From the NCBI GenBank assembly GCA_963693365.1, contig CAVNZM010000011.1:4534639-4598638 (forward strand): a stretch of DNA of 64,000 nucleotides. Direction: 5' to 3'. The notes beneath the pieces are model-generated. The model was given only the letters and a program-made list of their open reading frames with translations. It had not been told where the DNA came from and did not search any database. Origin of the DNA: Amoebidium appalachense. Lineage: Eukaryota; Protista; Ichthyosporea. The position numbers were made by a program, and so were the translations under genes. Below, one piece after another: positions 53,602 to 64,000 of the stretch (position 1 is the first letter of the stretch; each line of letters begins with the position of its first letter).

Positions 53602-53924
53602 CCTTCGTCTCCCTGTGTTGAGCATTTGGGCAGCTATACTTAAAAAAAAAAAAAAAAAAAAAAAAAGAAAGAAAGAAAGAAGGAAGGAAAGAAAGAAAGA
53701 AAGAAAAGAAAAGAAAAAGGATATAAAATGCCAAAGCACAGAGGAAAAAACAAGCATCAATAAGTACACCACCACAACTAGCACACTTGCATGAAAGATT
53801 CAGAAAGCCAACCCCCCTCCCCCTCCCTCCCCCCCCCCCCCCCACCCCTCCCCCCAGGTTTATAATAATATTACCAGTATCCCCATGTGTCGATTCACTC
53901 TGCTACACGTATGAACATGGCCAT

Positions 53925-54109
53925 GAAGTACTACACGCCATGGCATCAACACCATGGCATCAAAGTACGTATTGCATGATATGCCATTTAAGTACATATA
54001 GCATCATATGGCAACAGAGTACACCTGGCATCTAATGGCATAACTACGTCTTGCATTATATGTCGACAAAGTACGCATTGCATCATATGGCAACAAAGTA
54101 CATATTGCA

Positions 54110-54116
<7 letters not shown>
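53925..54116. repeat. Degenerate ~30-bp tandem repeat at the start of the NUDT21 3' UTR
   Basis: Reiterated GCATCATATGGCAACAAAGTACATATT-like units directly after the stop codon. Confidence 0.7.
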
Positions 54117-62138
<8,022 letters not shown>

Positions 62139-63069
62139 GTTTGCCGCCTGTAGTCCCTTCTGCAATGTAGGACGACAAAAGCTATAACAACATATACGAT
62201 GTTATGCATATACGTGTGTTCCTTTCCGAGCAGTGCTGTTCTGTGATGCTAAAATGAAACAGTTATCTCAGCTTCTAAACCAAGGCCTCCTACTCTGAGT
62301 AGGAGGTCTAGACCTTGTTCTAAACCCGGCCGCAGAGGATGACGTCATACATTTGTCTGAGCAAAAATCATGAGGGCCCGGCCGGGCCACTGGCCGTGGG
62401 CCAGGTCTGATCATGAGCTGCAGGCATGCAGCCTCAGCGTGTACTGTGCGCGCGCATGTGTGCATGCGTGTGCACAGTATTTGTATGTGTGTGTGTGTGT
62501 GTGCGTGTATGTGTGTGCACTTGTATATGTACACAAGTGTGGACCATGTGCATGCATCTGCATGCACAGATGCCTGTGACACTGCACGGTGGTGGTTCAC
62601 TGTCACTGATCGTTGTCGTCTGATCTACAGAAAACCAATAGTTATTCGCATTCAGAACGCTGCTGACCTATTCGCTATCATTCAACCAATTACATCTAAG
62701 GATCTTAGGTAGATCTATTATAATGTAAACTAATCATGAAGCACGTGATGTAGGCAACGAATACTTTCTTTTTCCGTACATTTCAAATATAAATGCAACT
62801 ATACCAGGAGAAAAAAAAGACTACCATTCATAATATTATAGTTTTATACTGAGTGCATGCTCAGCCTAAGTTGCAGCTGCACGAAGCTATATGCTCGCAT
62901 TTGAGTTCATCTTTGCCTCACCTCTCACATCAAGAGAATGGCGACTATAGCCTACATATAAAGCGAAGCTGAAACGTTATGCTGACTTCAGATTTCATAT
63001 CCGAAACAACACGCCTACCAACTACCATAGTTATTATAGCTCAATTCTCAGCCTCTTTTTCGAGCCACC

Positions 63070-63609
63070 ATGAAGTTCCTTCTCGCCACCATTGCCTCTC
63101 TTGCTCTGGCAGCGTCGGCTGTAGAGACCGGCGTGTGCTGCCCGTACATCGACTCCGCCTGCAAATTGACACCACCCGTAGAGGCAGCATGCAAGCCTTT
63201 TACCTTCAACAAGTGCGAGAAAGCCCCTTCCACGTTCGTTAACTACTACTTCACTACCACCCTTAATGGGGATAGCGTTGAATACCGCCGCTTCAATGCC
63301 AGCGACTGTAACCCGGCCAGCTTGGAGCCAAAATGGAATGCGGATGGGAAGTTGGGTGCCTGCTTGGGGCCCATTGACAAGCAGATGGGCTTTGACGCCT
63401 TCATTGTTGTGACTAAGGGGAATGGCAACTCTTCCTCCGGCCCTTCCACTACCACAGTTGCTACCGCAACGTCTGGTTCAGTGGCGCCTATTCCCACGAC
63501 GTCTTCTGCGACCGTTGCCACCACCACAGCTCCAGGTTCCGCTGCCCATGCTGTTGCCCCAAGTGCAATCTTTGGATTCGTCACAGTAATGTTGGCAACG
63601 CTGTTCTGA
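63070..63609 (+). CDS. Secreted, predicted GPI-anchored Cys-rich surface protein, intronless, 179 aa
   Basis: Signal peptide MKFLLATIASLALAASA with a GCCACCATG start context, a Cys-containing globular part (7 Cys) and N-glycosylation sequons NAS and NSS. Then a Ser/Thr-rich stalk and small residues (GSAA) before a hydrophobic C-terminus with no cytoplasmic tail. TATAAA at about 62957-62962. Confidence 0.85.
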   Translation: MKFLLATIASLALAASAVETGVCCPYIDSACKLTPPVEAACKPFTFNKCEKAPSTFVNYYFTTTLNGDSVEYRRFNASDCNPASLEPKWNADGKLGACLGPIDKQMGFDAFIVVTKGNGNSSSGPSTTTVATATSGSVAPIPTTSSATVATTTAPGSAAHAVAPSAIFGFVTVMLATLF

Positions 63610-64000
63610 GAGGCTCTACAAAGCAAAAAAATGGTAACTAAGTGGACATGAAACATATATGCCATCAAAGGAATTGGGTAGCCGGTGACACCCAAGCTTT
63701 GTGGCTTAGTTAATTTAAATCATGCTGTGGGGTTCCTAATTAAGTTGCCTGTTAATATCTTGTTCCGCCATTCCTGGACTTTTACTGTCACCATGATGCA
63801 CACAGAGAAGCATCCAGTAGAACGGCACACCTAACGTTACGATAAACCTGTATGCGCAAAACTTAAGGGCGGTCGGTAAAGCTTAAGGACGAAGACATTG
63901 AATAAATACGTCGAAAATCGAACCTGTGGAGCGGGATGTTGTAGTGTGGAGCACTTTTAGACGGAAACCCATGTGCGCACACACACACGCACACACGCAC

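Overview
Eukaryotic, intron-rich genomic DNA, not prokaryotic. Introns and intergenic DNA are saturated with poly-G/poly-C runs and (CA/GT)n, (GA/CT)n and (GCAC)n microsatellites. These explain most of the low-complexity ORF track, which is spurious. I rebuilt eight protein-coding genes by hand, six spliced with phase-consistent GT-AG introns: a MORN4/retinophilin-like protein (+), a phosphonopyruvate decarboxylase with a mitochondrial-type N-terminus (-), mitochondrial ClpP (-), a CAAP1-like protein (-), an OPT/YSL-family transporter (-), an intronless cytosolic Hsp70 (-), CFIm25/NUDT21 (-) and an intronless predicted GPI-anchored surface protein (+). The gene mix suggests a unicellular opisthokont, possibly an ichthyosporean-like holozoan (inference only). 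There is one clear non-autonomous hAT element with a perfect 8-bp TSD, a second TIR element and a short dispersed intronic repeat. The most unusual signal is the splice architecture. Many 3' splice sites lack a U-rich polypyrimidine tract and sit at the end of (CA)n, poly-C or poly-A tracts. Some donors are the first bases of a (GT)n array, and several introns have complementary G/GT-rich 5' ends and C/CA-rich 3' ends that could base-pair across the intron.
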